Made by a program: the position numbers and the translations under genes
Assembly (NCBI GenBank): GCA_021537435.1
Contig: GCA_021537435.1_3050.1
Origin: a phage
Direction: 5' to 3' (one strand)
Length of the DNA: 64,000 nucleotides
In this document: positions 47,189 to 56,771 of the stretch, piece by piece
Layout of the letters: every line of letters starts with the position of its first letter
Position numbering within the stretch: position 1 is the first letter of the stretch
Notes under the pieces: model-generated
Databases searched by the model: none
What the model saw: only the letters and a program-made list of their open reading frames with translations
What the model was told of the DNA's origin: nothing

Positions 47189-47935
47189 TTATCCTCGGAT
47201 AAGTTTAAAAATTGAACAATTTAGCGGGTATCCTCTTTTCAGTTTAAGTTTATCAATAAAAGACAAGTTTTGATACCGCTCTACACCTTGAATAATTTTA
47301 TCACACATATCATATTGCATTTCTGCTTCTGACAACTTTTTCACAGTTTTCCAATCAGAGCCTTTAAGAAGAACGTTCAATTTAACAACTTCAGTGCCTT
47401 CTGCTATACGAGAACCATCAATACGAGCTTTGAGTGCTACAATCGTTAGCTTAATGTCAGAGGTTTGTTTTGATTTAGAAAGCTGAGAAATGTGTTCAAT
47501 TCGGTTTTCACGTTTTTTCTGTATAGCTTTAATTTGATTATAAGTCTTTTTGATTTTAGCCCATTTCTTTTCATCTAAATTTAGTTTATGAACTTTTTTC
47601 GCAGATGAACGACCAATTCGCAAAGCAAATAAATCACGCTTTTCAATCAACTCTTCTAAAGTATAATCAGAACGAAATGTATTGTACTTTTTCTTTACTG
47701 CAATAACATTCCCTTTAATGTATCCAACGTTATTATCAAAACGTTCTAATGATAATTTCTCTCCTTCAATACGATTATCAAAAGGTTCTCCCGAGTAAGC
47801 GCAAACTTTCTGATCTAAAATGTTCTTAATGTAATTGAAGTCTAAGTTAAAATCTTTAGAACGTCTTTTAGCAGATGCCTGAGTGTGCTCTAGACGACGT
47901 GTAATTTTACGAATTTGATTTTTAGACAGTTTCAT
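47189..47935 (-). CDS. srd: Srd-like protein
   Basis: 248-aa basic ORF at the T4 srd position between dda and modA. Confidence 0.5.
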   Translation of the reverse strand: MKLSKNQIRKITRRLEHTQASAKRRSKDFNLDFNYIKNILDQKVCAYSGEPFDNRIEGEKLSLERFDNNVGYIKGNVIAVKKKYNTFRSDYTLEELIEKRDLFALRIGRSSAKKVHKLNLDEKKWAKIKKTYNQIKAIQKKRENRIEHISQLSKSKQTSDIKLTIVALKARIDGSRIAEGTEVVKLNVLLKGSDWKTVKKLSEAEMQYDMCDKIIQGVERYQNLSFIDKLKLKRGYPLNCSIFKLIRG

Positions 47936-47965
47936 ATTTTTCTCACGGACGGGTTAACTACTTAT

Positions 47966-47994
47966 ACTATAACATTTTTACTTCAGCTTGTAAA
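47966..47994 (-). promoter_or_regulatory. early promoter upstream of srd
   Basis: rc TTTACA, 17 nt, TATAGT. Confidence 0.45.
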
Positions 47995-48051
47995 CAACTT
48001 TATGAAAAATGCTTTAAAACTTTCATGGTATAATGAATCTAAGTCCTTCCA

Positions 48052-48654
48052 TTATAGATTAAATCCTTCAAAAACAAGAGTATAGATAGTGTATGTTGAA
48101 TACTTTTTATACTCGTATCTATCCGCAATTCTAAATACACTTCCAGCTGGTATCATTACTTCTTGTTCATCTGAAACTAATTCCATATTACGATAGCGAT
48201 GGCTATCCGGAAATTTAAAACTTGGACTATATTCTTTACAACGTAGAGCTTTTATAGCATACTCCTGGAAATTAAACACCATAGGAGCTTTGAATTCAAA
48301 AATAACTTGTGTGTTGTATTCTAATCCAGAAGCAAAATGTAGAGCTATATTTTTATCATATGAAGCTGATACTACTTTATCAAATGTAATAATATCAATT
48401 CCTTGATTTAACACCTGCTTAGTCTCAACCGGAACACCTCTCCAAAGAGGTTTATCGTTTGGTTCCAAACGAGATTGGATTATTTCATTTAACCAAGAAT
48501 GATCGTCTGGCTTATTAGTAATACAATGAATTAAAAGTTCAATTTCGGATAAATTAAATCCTTCAGAAAGTAATTCTTCGCGAATAGAAGCACGCACCGA
48601 TGCATCCATTGATTTTATTTTAAAATCTTTTAATTGCATTGCTGAATATTTCAT
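48052..48654 (-). CDS. modA: ADP-ribosyltransferase ModA
   Basis: 200-aa ORF; paralogous to the next ORF; T4 order modA-modB. Confidence 0.6.
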   Translation of the reverse strand: MKYSAMQLKDFKIKSMDASVRASIREELLSEGFNLSEIELLIHCITNKPDDHSWLNEIIQSRLEPNDKPLWRGVPVETKQVLNQGIDIITFDKVVSASYDKNIALHFASGLEYNTQVIFEFKAPMVFNFQEYAIKALRCKEYSPSFKFPDSHRYRNMELVSDEQEVMIPAGSVFRIADRYEYKKYSTYTIYTLVFEGFNL

Positions 48655-49286
48655 TCAACTACCTCAATATCATACACTTTAAATGTTCCAAATGAATCGT
48701 GTAATTTTTCTTTTGAAATAGAAGTTATTTTATACTTTCCAATTGGAATCATCCATTCTTGTTCACGCACAATCATCATTAAGTTATCAGTACGTTCTGA
48801 ATCTAATCCATCGGTATCTTCATATGTATACTTAAACTCAGTATTAGGAGAAGAAAGTATAATATCGCTGATATGGTCAGAATAATTAAAAGCTTTATCA
48901 GTTTTTAAGCGAAATATTATTTCAGTGGAATATTCAACATAAGAAAAACCACATGCTGTATGCAAACTAGTAGTAAATGAATCTACTCTGTTCGTTGAAA
49001 ACACTTCTCCAACTTGTAAATCTTTAATGAGTTCTTTTGTCGATTTTGATATACCACGATATAGCTGATAAGGCGATTTAGTTAAATGCTTTTTAACGAT
49101 TTTATTCAACTGCTGATGAAGAGCTTCATTCTTTTTGGCTTCCATACATTGCCAAAGAATTGACTGTTCAAAGTCAGTAAATTTTTCACAGACCTTTTTA
49201 TACATATCATATTGAAAATCGACACTTTCAGCTTTTATAGATAACTGTTCAACATCTGCAAGATTAATAATCATGATAGCCTCCAT
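48651..49286 (-). CDS. modB: ADP-ribosyltransferase ModB
   Basis: 211-aa ORF overlapping modA. Confidence 0.6.
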   Translation of the reverse strand: MEAIMIINLADVEQLSIKAESVDFQYDMYKKVCEKFTDFEQSILWQCMEAKKNEALHQQLNKIVKKHLTKSPYQLYRGISKSTKELIKDLQVGEVFSTNRVDSFTTSLHTACGFSYVEYSTEIIFRLKTDKAFNYSDHISDIILSSPNTEFKYTYEDTDGLDSERTDNLMMIVREQEWMIPIGKYKITSISKEKLHDSFGTFKVYDIEVVE

Positions 49287-49300
49287 ATACTTCAGAAGCT

Positions 49301-49329
49301 ATCATATCATTGTTAGGAAGGAAAGTAAA
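49301..49329 (-). promoter_or_regulatory. early promoter upstream of modB
   Basis: rc TTTACT, 17 nt, TATGAT. Confidence 0.45.
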
Positions 49330-49341
49330 CAACTTTTTGAA

Positions 49342-49524
49342 TTATTTTGCCCAGGGAGCCCAGGGCGGAGGGTCAAGATGGTATGAAGCTAGTTCTTCTA
49401 GAAGAGCATCTGGGGCTTCAATTCCATAATTCTGTAATACTATACGGTACTCTTTCTTATAATCACTAGAATCATTCTGGATATTCGTAGAATGATTATC
49501 TTCTAACATCTCAAATAAATCCAT
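49342..49524 (-). CDS. hypothetical protein
   Basis: 60-aa ORF. Confidence 0.35.
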   Translation of the reverse strand: MDLFEMLEDNHSTNIQNDSSDYKKEYRIVLQNYGIEAPDALLEELASYHLDPPPWAPWAK

Positions 49525-49532
49525 ATTAATTC

Positions 49533-50003
49533 CTAGCGATAAAAACCAAATTGACGATTAGCTTCAATAATCTTTCTTTCTTCTTCGGACATTCTCCAGC
49601 GTAGTCCAACATCAAAATGAGCCCAGACCATCTTAACAAATGCATTTATATCTTTAATATCTTCAATAATGAATGTTTTACTTTTATAAGGTTGACTAGC
49701 TAATTTAACTTTATCGTCTTCAAACAGGTCAAAAAGACCGTATTCATGAGCTCTTTTATAGCCTTTAATAGTTAAAGCTTCAGAAGAAGAAAACGGTGAA
49801 TCGGTATTCTGTAAAATATCTTCAGTATGCTTTATAATTAGAATAACATTTTCTGGATATTTTCTTTCTTTTATATCTTTAATTAAAAAATCCGGATTTT
49901 CTGCTAAAGGAATAATTAATGAGCAATTTTTATTAAGTGTATTTACTGATTTACCTTCTTTAGACATAAATTCTATTGAATATCGTTTTGCTACTTCAAT
50001 CAT
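49533..50003 (-). CDS. hypothetical protein
   Basis: 156-aa ORF. Confidence 0.45.
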   Translation of the reverse strand: MIEVAKRYSIEFMSKEGKSVNTLNKNCSLIIPLAENPDFLIKDIKERKYPENVILIIKHTEDILQNTDSPFSSSEALTIKGYKRAHEYGLFDLFEDDKVKLASQPYKSKTFIIEDIKDINAFVKMVWAHFDVGLRWRMSEEERKIIEANRQFGFYR

Positions 50004-50156
50004 GTGATTTCCTTTTGCCTACTAATGGACCGTCAGGAATTTTGTTTTCCTGGATATATTTCTCATTTTCTTCCATCATTTTACTGCCAATTTTAAGAAG
50101 CAAATCCAGTGCTTCGTTTGCTTTAGCTTTAGCCTCTTCTAATGCCATATCTCTGT

Positions 50157-50360
50157 TCACGATTTATCCCCATAGATGTCTCTCATCAATTTAAGCGCTG
50201 AGCGTTCTAATTTCTTTTCTTTCTCAGCACTAATCATTGATTTCATCCATTCTTCTGATTCGTTCTGCATTTCTTTATTTGCTTGTTCAACCCAACCATC
50301 GTCAATATACATTGAGTTTGGTCTATTGAACCATTCAAGCATTTTCTTCAGAACTTTCAT
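50157..50360 (-). CDS. hypothetical protein
   Basis: 67-aa ORF. Confidence 0.4.
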   Translation of the reverse strand: MKVLKKMLEWFNRPNSMYIDDGWVEQANKEMQNESEEWMKSMISAEKEKKLERSALKLMRDIYGDKS

Positions 50361-50832
50361 TTGTTTTACCTAAAACAACAGTAGGAGCATCATCAAATTC
50401 ATGAATTTTTAGCAAATTTGGATGTAAACTATTCCACACAGAAGAAATAAAGTATGATAAAGCATCTTCACTCGCAATTATAAATTTATTTCCTTTATCT
50501 ATTTTCCAACTATATACTGAATCATACGAATAGAAAGATAAAGGATTATCATTATATTGTTCTGCGCTAACATTAATGTATTCTGATTTAGTAAATGCTT
50601 CAATTGCTCTAAATGGAATATTTGGTACAGTTTCAATAATACCAATCTTTTTAAGTTTTATTTCAGCATCTTCTGGAACTGGCATTGAAACGAAATTTTC
50701 TACGAGATACATTGGGTCACAATAACCCTTATCAATCATTACTGCTACGGTAATTGGAACGTCTTTAGCAAACGACAAACTATTACTGCTAATATACATT
50801 TCAAACAAAATCGCTTCCATAATTTTCCTCAA
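50335..50832 (-). CDS. hypothetical protein
   Basis: 165-aa ORF. Confidence 0.45.
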   Translation of the reverse strand: MRKIMEAILFEMYISSNSLSFAKDVPITVAVMIDKGYCDPMYLVENFVSMPVPEDAEIKLKKIGIIETVPNIPFRAIEAFTKSEYINVSAEQYNDNPLSFYSYDSVYSWKIDKGNKFIIASEDALSYFISSVWNSLHPNLLKIHEFDDAPTVVLGKTNESSEENA

Positions 50833-51176
50833 TCACAAGATGTAGATGAACAACTAGAATCACAAGAACTTCCACATGAATCGCCCGTCCATACATGAAC
50901 AGGAACAGGAACATTAGTATCATATGAATCAGAACTAGACTGTGTATTCTGCGTATTAGATGATGTAGTAGGTGTTGACCAACGCCAAGGATTTTTATAA
51001 TATTCTTGGGCTTCTTCATAAGTCATAGTAACTGCTTCTACTGTTCCATCTCCCATATAAACATATTCAACTACAGTTAAAGGGAGGTAGTCGTTTGAAA
51101 TAGGAACTACACCTTCTCCGGGAGTTGTAGAGAAAAAATCCGTAAAGAAACTTTTAAACCAATTAAAGATAAACAT
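50829..51176 (-). CDS. hypothetical protein with Cys/Ser-rich C-terminal tail
   Basis: 115-aa ORF ending ...[19 protein letters not shown]. Confidence 0.45.
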   Translation of the reverse strand: MFIFNWFKSFFTDFFSTTPGEGVVPISNDYLPLTVVEYVYMGDGTVEAVTMTYEEAQEYYKNPWRWSTPTTSSNTQNTQSSSDSYDTNVPVPVHVWTGDSCGSSCDSSCSSTSCD

Positions 51177-51388
51177 TACAAAAAGCCTCTTTGAAATTCG
51201 ACTCTTTGAAATCCACCCCAGTCAGTGTATCGCATTTCAGCATTGAACTCGACTGAACCATCTGCATGCATCATGAATGAATGCGTGACGATATCACAAT
51301 CCCAGCTTTTCATACCCCATTTATCAGAGATAGCTTTATCAAGAACCTTCTGGAGGTCTTCATTTGGTTTAATCCAACGATTTAACAT
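51176..51388 (-). CDS. hypothetical protein
   Basis: 70-aa ORF; early promoter upstream. Confidence 0.45.
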   Translation of the reverse strand: MLNRWIKPNEDLQKVLDKAISDKWGMKSWDCDIVTHSFMMHADGSVEFNAEMRYTDWGGFQRVEFQRGFL

Positions 51389-51414
51389 AGTGCTTTCCTC
51401 TATAAGATAATTCT

Positions 51415-51443
51415 ATTATACCATACTTGTTTTGGAAAGTAAA
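51415..51443 (-). promoter_or_regulatory. early promoter
   Basis: rc TTTACT, 17 nt, TATAAT. Confidence 0.5.
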
Positions 51444-51485
51444 CCGGTAAAATGAAAAAGGACTCCCGAAGGAGTCCTTGAATTA

Positions 51486-51722
51486 TTAACCACCTATTTC
51501 TGTAGGCGTAAACATTGCAGCATTCTTAGTTTTCCAAGTTGCTGCATCGGAAACTACATCAGAATAAGCTGCTTTTTCTGACGGAAAGATTTGATAATGA
51601 GAATCTGCAATACGGTGTTCATTTGAATATACATCAAATGCTACAGAAACTTCCATACCTTTAACTTCTTTGCCTTCACCTGCTGGATGAGTAAAGGTCT
51701 TGATGTTAACGAAACCACCCAT
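51486..51722 (-). CDS. soc: small outer capsid protein Soc
   Basis: 78-aa ORF ...VNIKTF...QIFPSEKAAYS...; minus-strand TATAAATA late promoter upstream. Confidence 0.8.
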   Translation of the reverse strand: MGGFVNIKTFTHPAGEGKEVKGMEVSVAFDVYSNEHRIADSHYQIFPSEKAAYSDVVSDAATWKTKNAAMFTPTEIGG

Positions 51723-51753
51723 AATAAACTCCTTTATTGTTTAATTACAGGTG

Positions 51754-51761
51754 TATTTATA
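51754..51761 (-). promoter_or_regulatory. late promoter TATAAATA (minus strand) upstream of soc
   Basis: rc TATAAATA about 32 nt upstream of soc start, in the 56-soc spacer. Confidence 0.6.
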
Positions 51762-51764
51762 TCA

Positions 51765-52283
51765 TCAATAACCTCGGTCTTGACGAGCGAAGTTTTCAGC
51801 ATTTTTCAGATAATAAAGTTTAAAGATTTCTTCAGCCGTAAGACCGAGACCTTGGAACATGTTCAGAACGAAATGAAGAATATCAATCATTTCGAATTTA
51901 ATTTCCAACTGGTCTTGTGGAGATAAGTCAGTAATCAGAGTTTCACGACGTTCACCGTGTTGCGACTTCCACGGCTTCCATACAGCAGATGCATCTTTTT
52001 CGCCATTGCTCATACCACCAAGAGAAGTCAGAAGTTCGCGGAATTCATCATCAATATAATCTTTCTGATTACGCAACCAATCAACAACTTCACCTGCAGT
52101 AGCCAAATCATCAGGATGACGGTTATATTCAGGTTTATCTTTAGCTAAACGAACCTGCAGAGATTTCTGCATATCAAGCATAACCTGCAGCGGGTCTTTT
52201 TCATCACCGAGAATATCCCAGTATTCATTTTGAGCTTTATCAGCACCTTCGATCAGTTGACTACATTCGTTAAAGTATGCCAT
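51765..52283 (-). CDS. 56: dCTPase/dUTPase gp56
   Basis: start MAYFNECSQLIEGADKAQNEYWDILGDEKDPLQVMLDMQ...; track ORF extended upstream. Confidence 0.85.
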   Translation of the reverse strand: MAYFNECSQLIEGADKAQNEYWDILGDEKDPLQVMLDMQKSLQVRLAKDKPEYNRHPDDLATAGEVVDWLRNQKDYIDDEFRELLTSLGGMSNGEKDASAVWKPWKSQHGERRETLITDLSPQDQLEIKFEMIDILHFVLNMFQGLGLTAEEIFKLYYLKNAENFARQDRGY

Positions 52284-52354
52284 TATTTTTCCTTTCAATT
52301 CATGGGTTAGTAGATTAATTATACAATAAATATATAAAGCAATAAGGAGGATAT

Positions 52355-52555
52355 ATGGTACAAAAATTAATGGCACTTGTTAATGCCATAAAAGGTAATA
52401 AAAAACGTATAGCTTTTACTATTTCTGCTATGGTAGGAATTTTACTCTGGAATTTTGTTTTATCACCAATTGCTATTGCTCATGGTGTTAATATTCCAGT
52501 AATTACTCTTGATACATTCGTAGATTTAGCATTTGCTTTGGTTGGGTTAATTTAA
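52355..52555 (+). CDS. small membrane protein (66 aa) on the opposite strand
   Basis: strong RBS AAGGAGG seven nt before ATG; two hydrophobic helices. Confidence 0.5.
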   Translation: MVQKLMALVNAIKGNKKRIAFTISAMVGILLWNFVLSPIAIAHGVNIPVITLDTFVDLAFALVGLI

Positions 52556-53580
52556 ATCTTAGCATATTTAGATAGCCGCATTTTAGCCATCAACCCTTGG
52601 GCAATATTATTTTTCATATATTCCATAATTTGTTCAGGGGTTGCACCTTCCTTTCTAATCATATCATTAACATCTTTTGATTTCCAGGGAGATTTATCCC
52701 AAAACATAACCCTTTCTCCTGCATCAACTAATTTAGTCATTCGTTTAATAGTGTCAGGGTGACGAGGTTCATTATCTAAAACCCATACACGTCTATCTTT
52801 AAATGGAACAATTTCTAGGTCTAATTGACCACCCGTAATAGCTATACCATTTTCAATAAAAAGTGAATCTATAGGTCCTTCTAGAACATATACATCACCA
52901 TCTTTGACTCGTTCAACTCCATAGATTTTTGTTGCCTCAGGATAAGCTTTGATGGTGATATATTTTTGAGGAGCATCTTTCTTTAATGCACGTCCTTGAA
53001 AGGACTCGGCTTTTCCGTTAGCATTATAAATTGGAATAACAAGACGAGGCTCGGGCATTTCCTTTTTATATGTTCCTGGCGCTATACTATTAACTAATTT
53101 AGGCCATTCAGTTGTAAACCAAAGATATTTCCATTTATCCTTTGGAATACAACGAGCTTTTACATATTTTATAATTGGATGGTCTTCCGCCAGTTTATCT
53201 AATCTAATGCATGACGGAAGAGATTTAATTATTTTCTTCTCAGGTTGTTTAGGAAGTTCTTTAGGTTTTTCTACTGGACGACTTTTACCTTTTTCTTTTC
53301 TTATTTCAAAGATATATTCACGATATAAATCAGGTTCAAACTCCTTTAAATATATTCCGATTGGTGCATGATAGTTGCAGTTATAACAATGAATATTTCC
53401 TTCATTATTATCACCATAATACCATCCACGGGCTTTATTTTGGTCGGTTTTTGAATCTCCACAAACAGGGCATCTAAACCGTAATTTAAAAGTTGAACTA
53501 TTATTTACTTGTACGAATTTAGGTAAATGAGCCAATGCACGGTATGCAAACTCATTATCAATCCAAGGTATTGATGACAT
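52552..53580 (-). CDS. 61: DNA primase gp61
   Basis: 342-aa ORF; N-terminal zinc-binding CPVCGDS...CYNC; TOPRIM core. Confidence 0.9.
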   Translation of the reverse strand: MSSIPWIDNEFAYRALAHLPKFVQVNNSSTFKLRFRCPVCGDSKTDQNKARGWYYGDNNEGNIHCYNCNYHAPIGIYLKEFEPDLYREYIFEIRKEKGKSRPVEKPKELPKQPEKKIIKSLPSCIRLDKLAEDHPIIKYVKARCIPKDKWKYLWFTTEWPKLVNSIAPGTYKKEMPEPRLVIPIYNANGKAESFQGRALKKDAPQKYITIKAYPEATKIYGVERVKDGDVYVLEGPIDSLFIENGIAITGGQLDLEIVPFKDRRVWVLDNEPRHPDTIKRMTKLVDAGERVMFWDKSPWKSKDVNDMIRKEGATPEQIMEYMKNNIAQGLMAKMRLSKYAKI

Positions 53581-53748
53581 TTTTACTCTTCTTTTTCTTT
53601 AGATTCCTCTTTTTTCTTTTTAGGAATCTGTTCAGGACCTTTATTTACTACAGCACCTGACGTTGTTCCAGTGGAGATATTTTCAGGATTACCACCTGAA
53701 TCTCCAGCTACCATATCTTCTTTAATAAATTCTTTATATGTTTTCATA

Positions 53749-54105
53749 TTAACCTCTATTCATAAAAGCATTAAAAATTTGGTCATCAATAGATGGAATA
53801 GCAACCTTTTCTACATCATTTAACAAATCATTAATTTCATCAGATAGCATAACGCATGTACCTTTATTTCCTGTAATTGTTACTGCACAATTACGAACGT
53901 TTTCTTTATCAAATTTTAGGTTAATATTTTCGTAGTGAAAATCCTTTAATGCCGAATATATTTTTAAAATGAAATTGTCTTTTACTACAATAAACCCAAC
54001 TTCACTATTAAAACGTGGTTCATGGAAACTGTAATAAACCTTTTCATCTATAAAATCGTATGATATTTTTTCCATTTTTAAATATGAAAATTCAGAACTA
54101 TACAT
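53749..54105 (-). CDS. hypothetical protein (T4 61.2 position)
   Basis: 118-aa ORF between primase and sp. Confidence 0.45.
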   Translation of the reverse strand: MYSSEFSYLKMEKISYDFIDEKVYYSFHEPRFNSEVGFIVVKDNFILKIYSALKDFHYENINLKFDKENVRNCAVTITGNKGTCVMLSDEINDLLNDVEKVAIPSIDDQIFNAFMNRG

Positions 54106-54117
54106 ACTAACCTCTAA

Positions 54118-54411
54118 TTACTCACCTACCACTTCAGCGATGATATTTTTATTATTAAAGTTTTTATCGCAATACAGAACATAATTATACTGCATTACAC
54201 CACCAGACTTAAGCTGTTTTTGTACTTCAGCTTTCATTTCAGGACGGTCACGCTCAACAATATTCATAATATCTGCTTCAATTTGAGTTTCAACTTCAGT
54301 CTGATCTGCAGTCATAGACCATTCACACAAATCTTTGTCATAACCCGCCATAGCAGGCTGAGCAGCACAAGAAGATAAAGCAAAAATTGTAGCAAAGATA
54401 AATTTTTTCAT
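54118..54411 (-). CDS. sp: Spackle periplasmic protein
   Basis: 97-aa ORF with signal peptide MKKFIFATIFALSSCAAQPAMA. Confidence 0.7.
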   Translation of the reverse strand: MKKFIFATIFALSSCAAQPAMAGYDKDLCEWSMTADQTEVETQIEADIMNIVERDRPEMKAEVQKQLKSGGVMQYNYVLYCDKNFNNKNIIAEVVGE

Positions 54412-54471
54412 GATAATCTCCTCAGTAGTTTATGTTTATATAGTATCTCAATTTCCAATAAAAGTAAACAG

Positions 54472-54771
54472 CTATTTTAAAACTTCTGCATAATCACATG
54501 TTACAAACTGTTTCTCTAACTTGACGATTTTACGAAAGTATCTTTTGCATTGGCGAATCTGCCGCTTTGTAGGGCGCACAGCAAACTTAATAAATTCAAC
54601 TCGACCAAATGGAGGGCTTTCTTCTGCCGGAATATCTAATACTAATTCCCACGTATCTGCAATAAGTGCTTTGAATTGAGTATTTTTCCTGACGTTATAC
54701 GGTGTAGGTTTAAATAAAACGATATGCATATTATCCTCGGCAATCCACTTCGCATACTTTCTTGTCATCAA
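54472..54771 (-). CDS. hypothetical basic protein (T4 61.4 position)
   Basis: 99-aa ORF overlapping dmd. Confidence 0.45.
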   Translation of the reverse strand: MMTRKYAKWIAEDNMHIVLFKPTPYNVRKNTQFKALIADTWELVLDIPAEESPPFGRVEFIKFAVRPTKRQIRQCKRYFRKIVKLEKQFVTCDYAEVLK

Positions 54772-54913
54772 TGAAAGCTTTAACTAGTGCTTTATTAACT
54801 TCAGCATATTGATTAGTAGCCCAGTGAACGTCATCTTTCATCATTGTGATTTCTTTAGTAAACATGCTTTCATTCTTAAACCACCCCATAAAAACTACCT
54901 TTACTAATTCCAT
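54731..54913 (-). CDS. dmd: Dmd, inhibitor of host RnlA/LsoA toxins
   Basis: 60-aa ORF MELVKVVFMGWFKNESMFTKEITMMKDDVHWATNQYAEVNKALVKAFIDDKKVCEVDCRG. Confidence 0.8.
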   Translation of the reverse strand: MELVKVVFMGWFKNESMFTKEITMMKDDVHWATNQYAEVNKALVKAFIDDKKVCEVDCRG

Positions 54914-54942
54914 AACAATCTCCTCATTTAACCAACAAGACT

Positions 54943-54971
54943 ATTATACCATAGTCTTGTCGGCTTGTAAA
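54943..54971 (-). promoter_or_regulatory. early promoter upstream of dmd
   Basis: rc TTTACA, 17 nt, TATAAT. Confidence 0.5.
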
Positions 54972-56399
54972 CTAAAATTTTAATTCATTCGCCAAAGCAT
55001 CTAACTGAGCTCGAGCGGATTCGTTTCTTTGATAGCGATTCTGTTCAGCCTGAATCTGCTGTGAACCTGCTACTTCGTTCACTTCGGTTGGAGTAGAATC
55101 TTGTTCAATTTCTACCCATTTCTGATTTCCTTTTTGAACACCCATCAAAAACTTATTCCATTTATTCTTATCACCATATCGTGATTTGATTTGCTTAATG
55201 AGTTGTTGTTCAGCAGCTGCTAGCTCCTCGGTTTCAATGACCGCAAGCATAAAATCGGCTGTTGCTGGAAGACCGGCAGATTCTGCAATATCGCTCATGT
55301 TAACATCAGAAGAATCCCAAGCTTGCTTACCAACCTGTGCTGCAGTCCAAAGAACAGTTTCAGTTTCAACAGCCAAAGCACGCAATTCTTCTGCGATGGC
55401 TTTAACAGTTGTGTAACTATTTTCTGAATAAACTCTGATGCGGCAAGATTTACAAATACCTAGATAGTCAACAATAATGATTGTTGGAACAAAATTCTTC
55501 TTGAGCTTCAATTCGTTTAAAAGAGATCGAAATGTATTAGCGTCTGCTCCACCAGTAGGATATTGCTTAACGATTAAACGGCCGAGAGTAGATTTCTCAC
55601 GCCATTTTTCCATCTTTCCTTTATATTCAGCGTAAGAAATATGCCCATCATCAATGTCATCAAGAGAAACATCAAGCATATTAGCATCAATACGCTTAGC
55701 ACAAACTTCTTCTGCCATTTCCATGGAAATGTAAAGAACGTTATGCCCGAGCTGCAAATAATCTGCTGCCAATGAACACAATCCTAATGACTTACCGACG
55801 TTAACACCAGCCATTAAAACGTTCAGTGTTCCAGTTTCAGCTCCGCCTTTAGTAATTTTATTTAGAATTTTGAGTTTAAATGGAACCTTACGAGCTTTAT
55901 TCATATAAGATAGCCAACGTGCTTCGTAGTCATCCATCCAATCATGACCAACGTAACTATCAAATGAAATTGATAATGCTTGGCGCATGATGTCAGGAAT
56001 AGCACCGACATCCGGCATTTTCTTATTTCGTTTTTCCGGAGGAAGCTCAGCATTAGTTTGAATTTCAATTATTTTAGACGTAGCATTAAACATCGCCCTT
56101 TGCTGAACATATTTTTCTGTTTCTTTTACTAACCAGCTGTGGTCTTCTGGAGAATCGGCTAGTTTCGAAATAAGTGTTTTTACACCAGAATATTCTGTTT
56201 CAGTAAATGAACTATTTTCTAATGCAACATTTAACGCATTAATAGATGGAACGCTATGGTATTCATTAACATGAGATTTAATTAATTTGAATGTATTTTT
56301 AGCTGGACCACTTTCAAAATATTCTGAATCCATATATGGCCAAACTTTTGAAAAATAAGCTTGATCAAATATGAGATGAGAAAGAATAATTTCTACCAC
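54972..56399 (-). CDS. 41: replicative DNA helicase gp41 (DnaB family)
   Basis: 475-aa ORF; Walker A GVNVGKS. Confidence 0.9.
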   Translation of the reverse strand: MVEIILSHLIFDQAYFSKVWPYMDSEYFESGPAKNTFKLIKSHVNEYHSVPSINALNVALENSSFTETEYSGVKTLISKLADSPEDHSWLVKETEKYVQQRAMFNATSKIIEIQTNAELPPEKRNKKMPDVGAIPDIMRQALSISFDSYVGHDWMDDYEARWLSYMNKARKVPFKLKILNKITKGGAETGTLNVLMAGVNVGKSLGLCSLAADYLQLGHNVLYISMEMAEEVCAKRIDANMLDVSLDDIDDGHISYAEYKGKMEKWREKSTLGRLIVKQYPTGGADANTFRSLLNELKLKKNFVPTIIIVDYLGICKSCRIRVYSENSYTTVKAIAEELRALAVETETVLWTAAQVGKQAWDSSDVNMSDIAESAGLPATADFMLAVIETEELAAAEQQLIKQIKSRYGDKNKWNKFLMGVQKGNQKWVEIEQDSTPTEVNEVAGSQQIQAEQNRYQRNESARAQLDALANELKF

Positions 56400-56408
56400 A
56401 CTTACTCC

Positions 56409-56771
56409 TTAAAAGAATTTAAATTTTTTCTTTGACCTTTTATTAAATGCATCTTGTAGTTGCATTGTAATACATTTTTCTACATGAGGAGCTAACTCAG
56501 CTTTTCTTTCTTGGTCAAGAACAGCAAAGTCCATTACGACTTTTCCATCAACCCAATCTAATTTTGTCACATACACAATGTGTGTAGAACCGTCTTCTAG
56601 TTTAATGACAATCTCCTGGATAACATTTTCCATGGCAGATTTAATTATCTTAAGAGATTCATTAAAAAGACGTTCTTTTCTTTCTTCTTCCCCCTCCGAA
56701 GAGGGGGATTCATCGATAATTTCTAGATCTAAATCTAAATCATCTTTATTCATTAAATTCTTCCATATCAC
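56409..56771 (-). CDS. acidic hypothetical protein (T4 gene 40 position)
   Basis: 120-aa ORF between uvsX and 41. Confidence 0.45.
   Translation of the reverse strand: MIWKNLMNKDDLDLDLEIIDESPSSEGEEERKERLFNESLKIIKSAMENVIQEIVIKLEDGSTHIVYVTKLDWVDGKVVMDFAVLDQERKAELAPHVEKCITMQLQDAFNKRSKKKFKFF

Noticed and set aside
48011-48027. MotA-box-like ATGCTTTA on the plus strand
   Set aside because: Genes here are on the minus strand and no plus-strand ORF follows; probably chance
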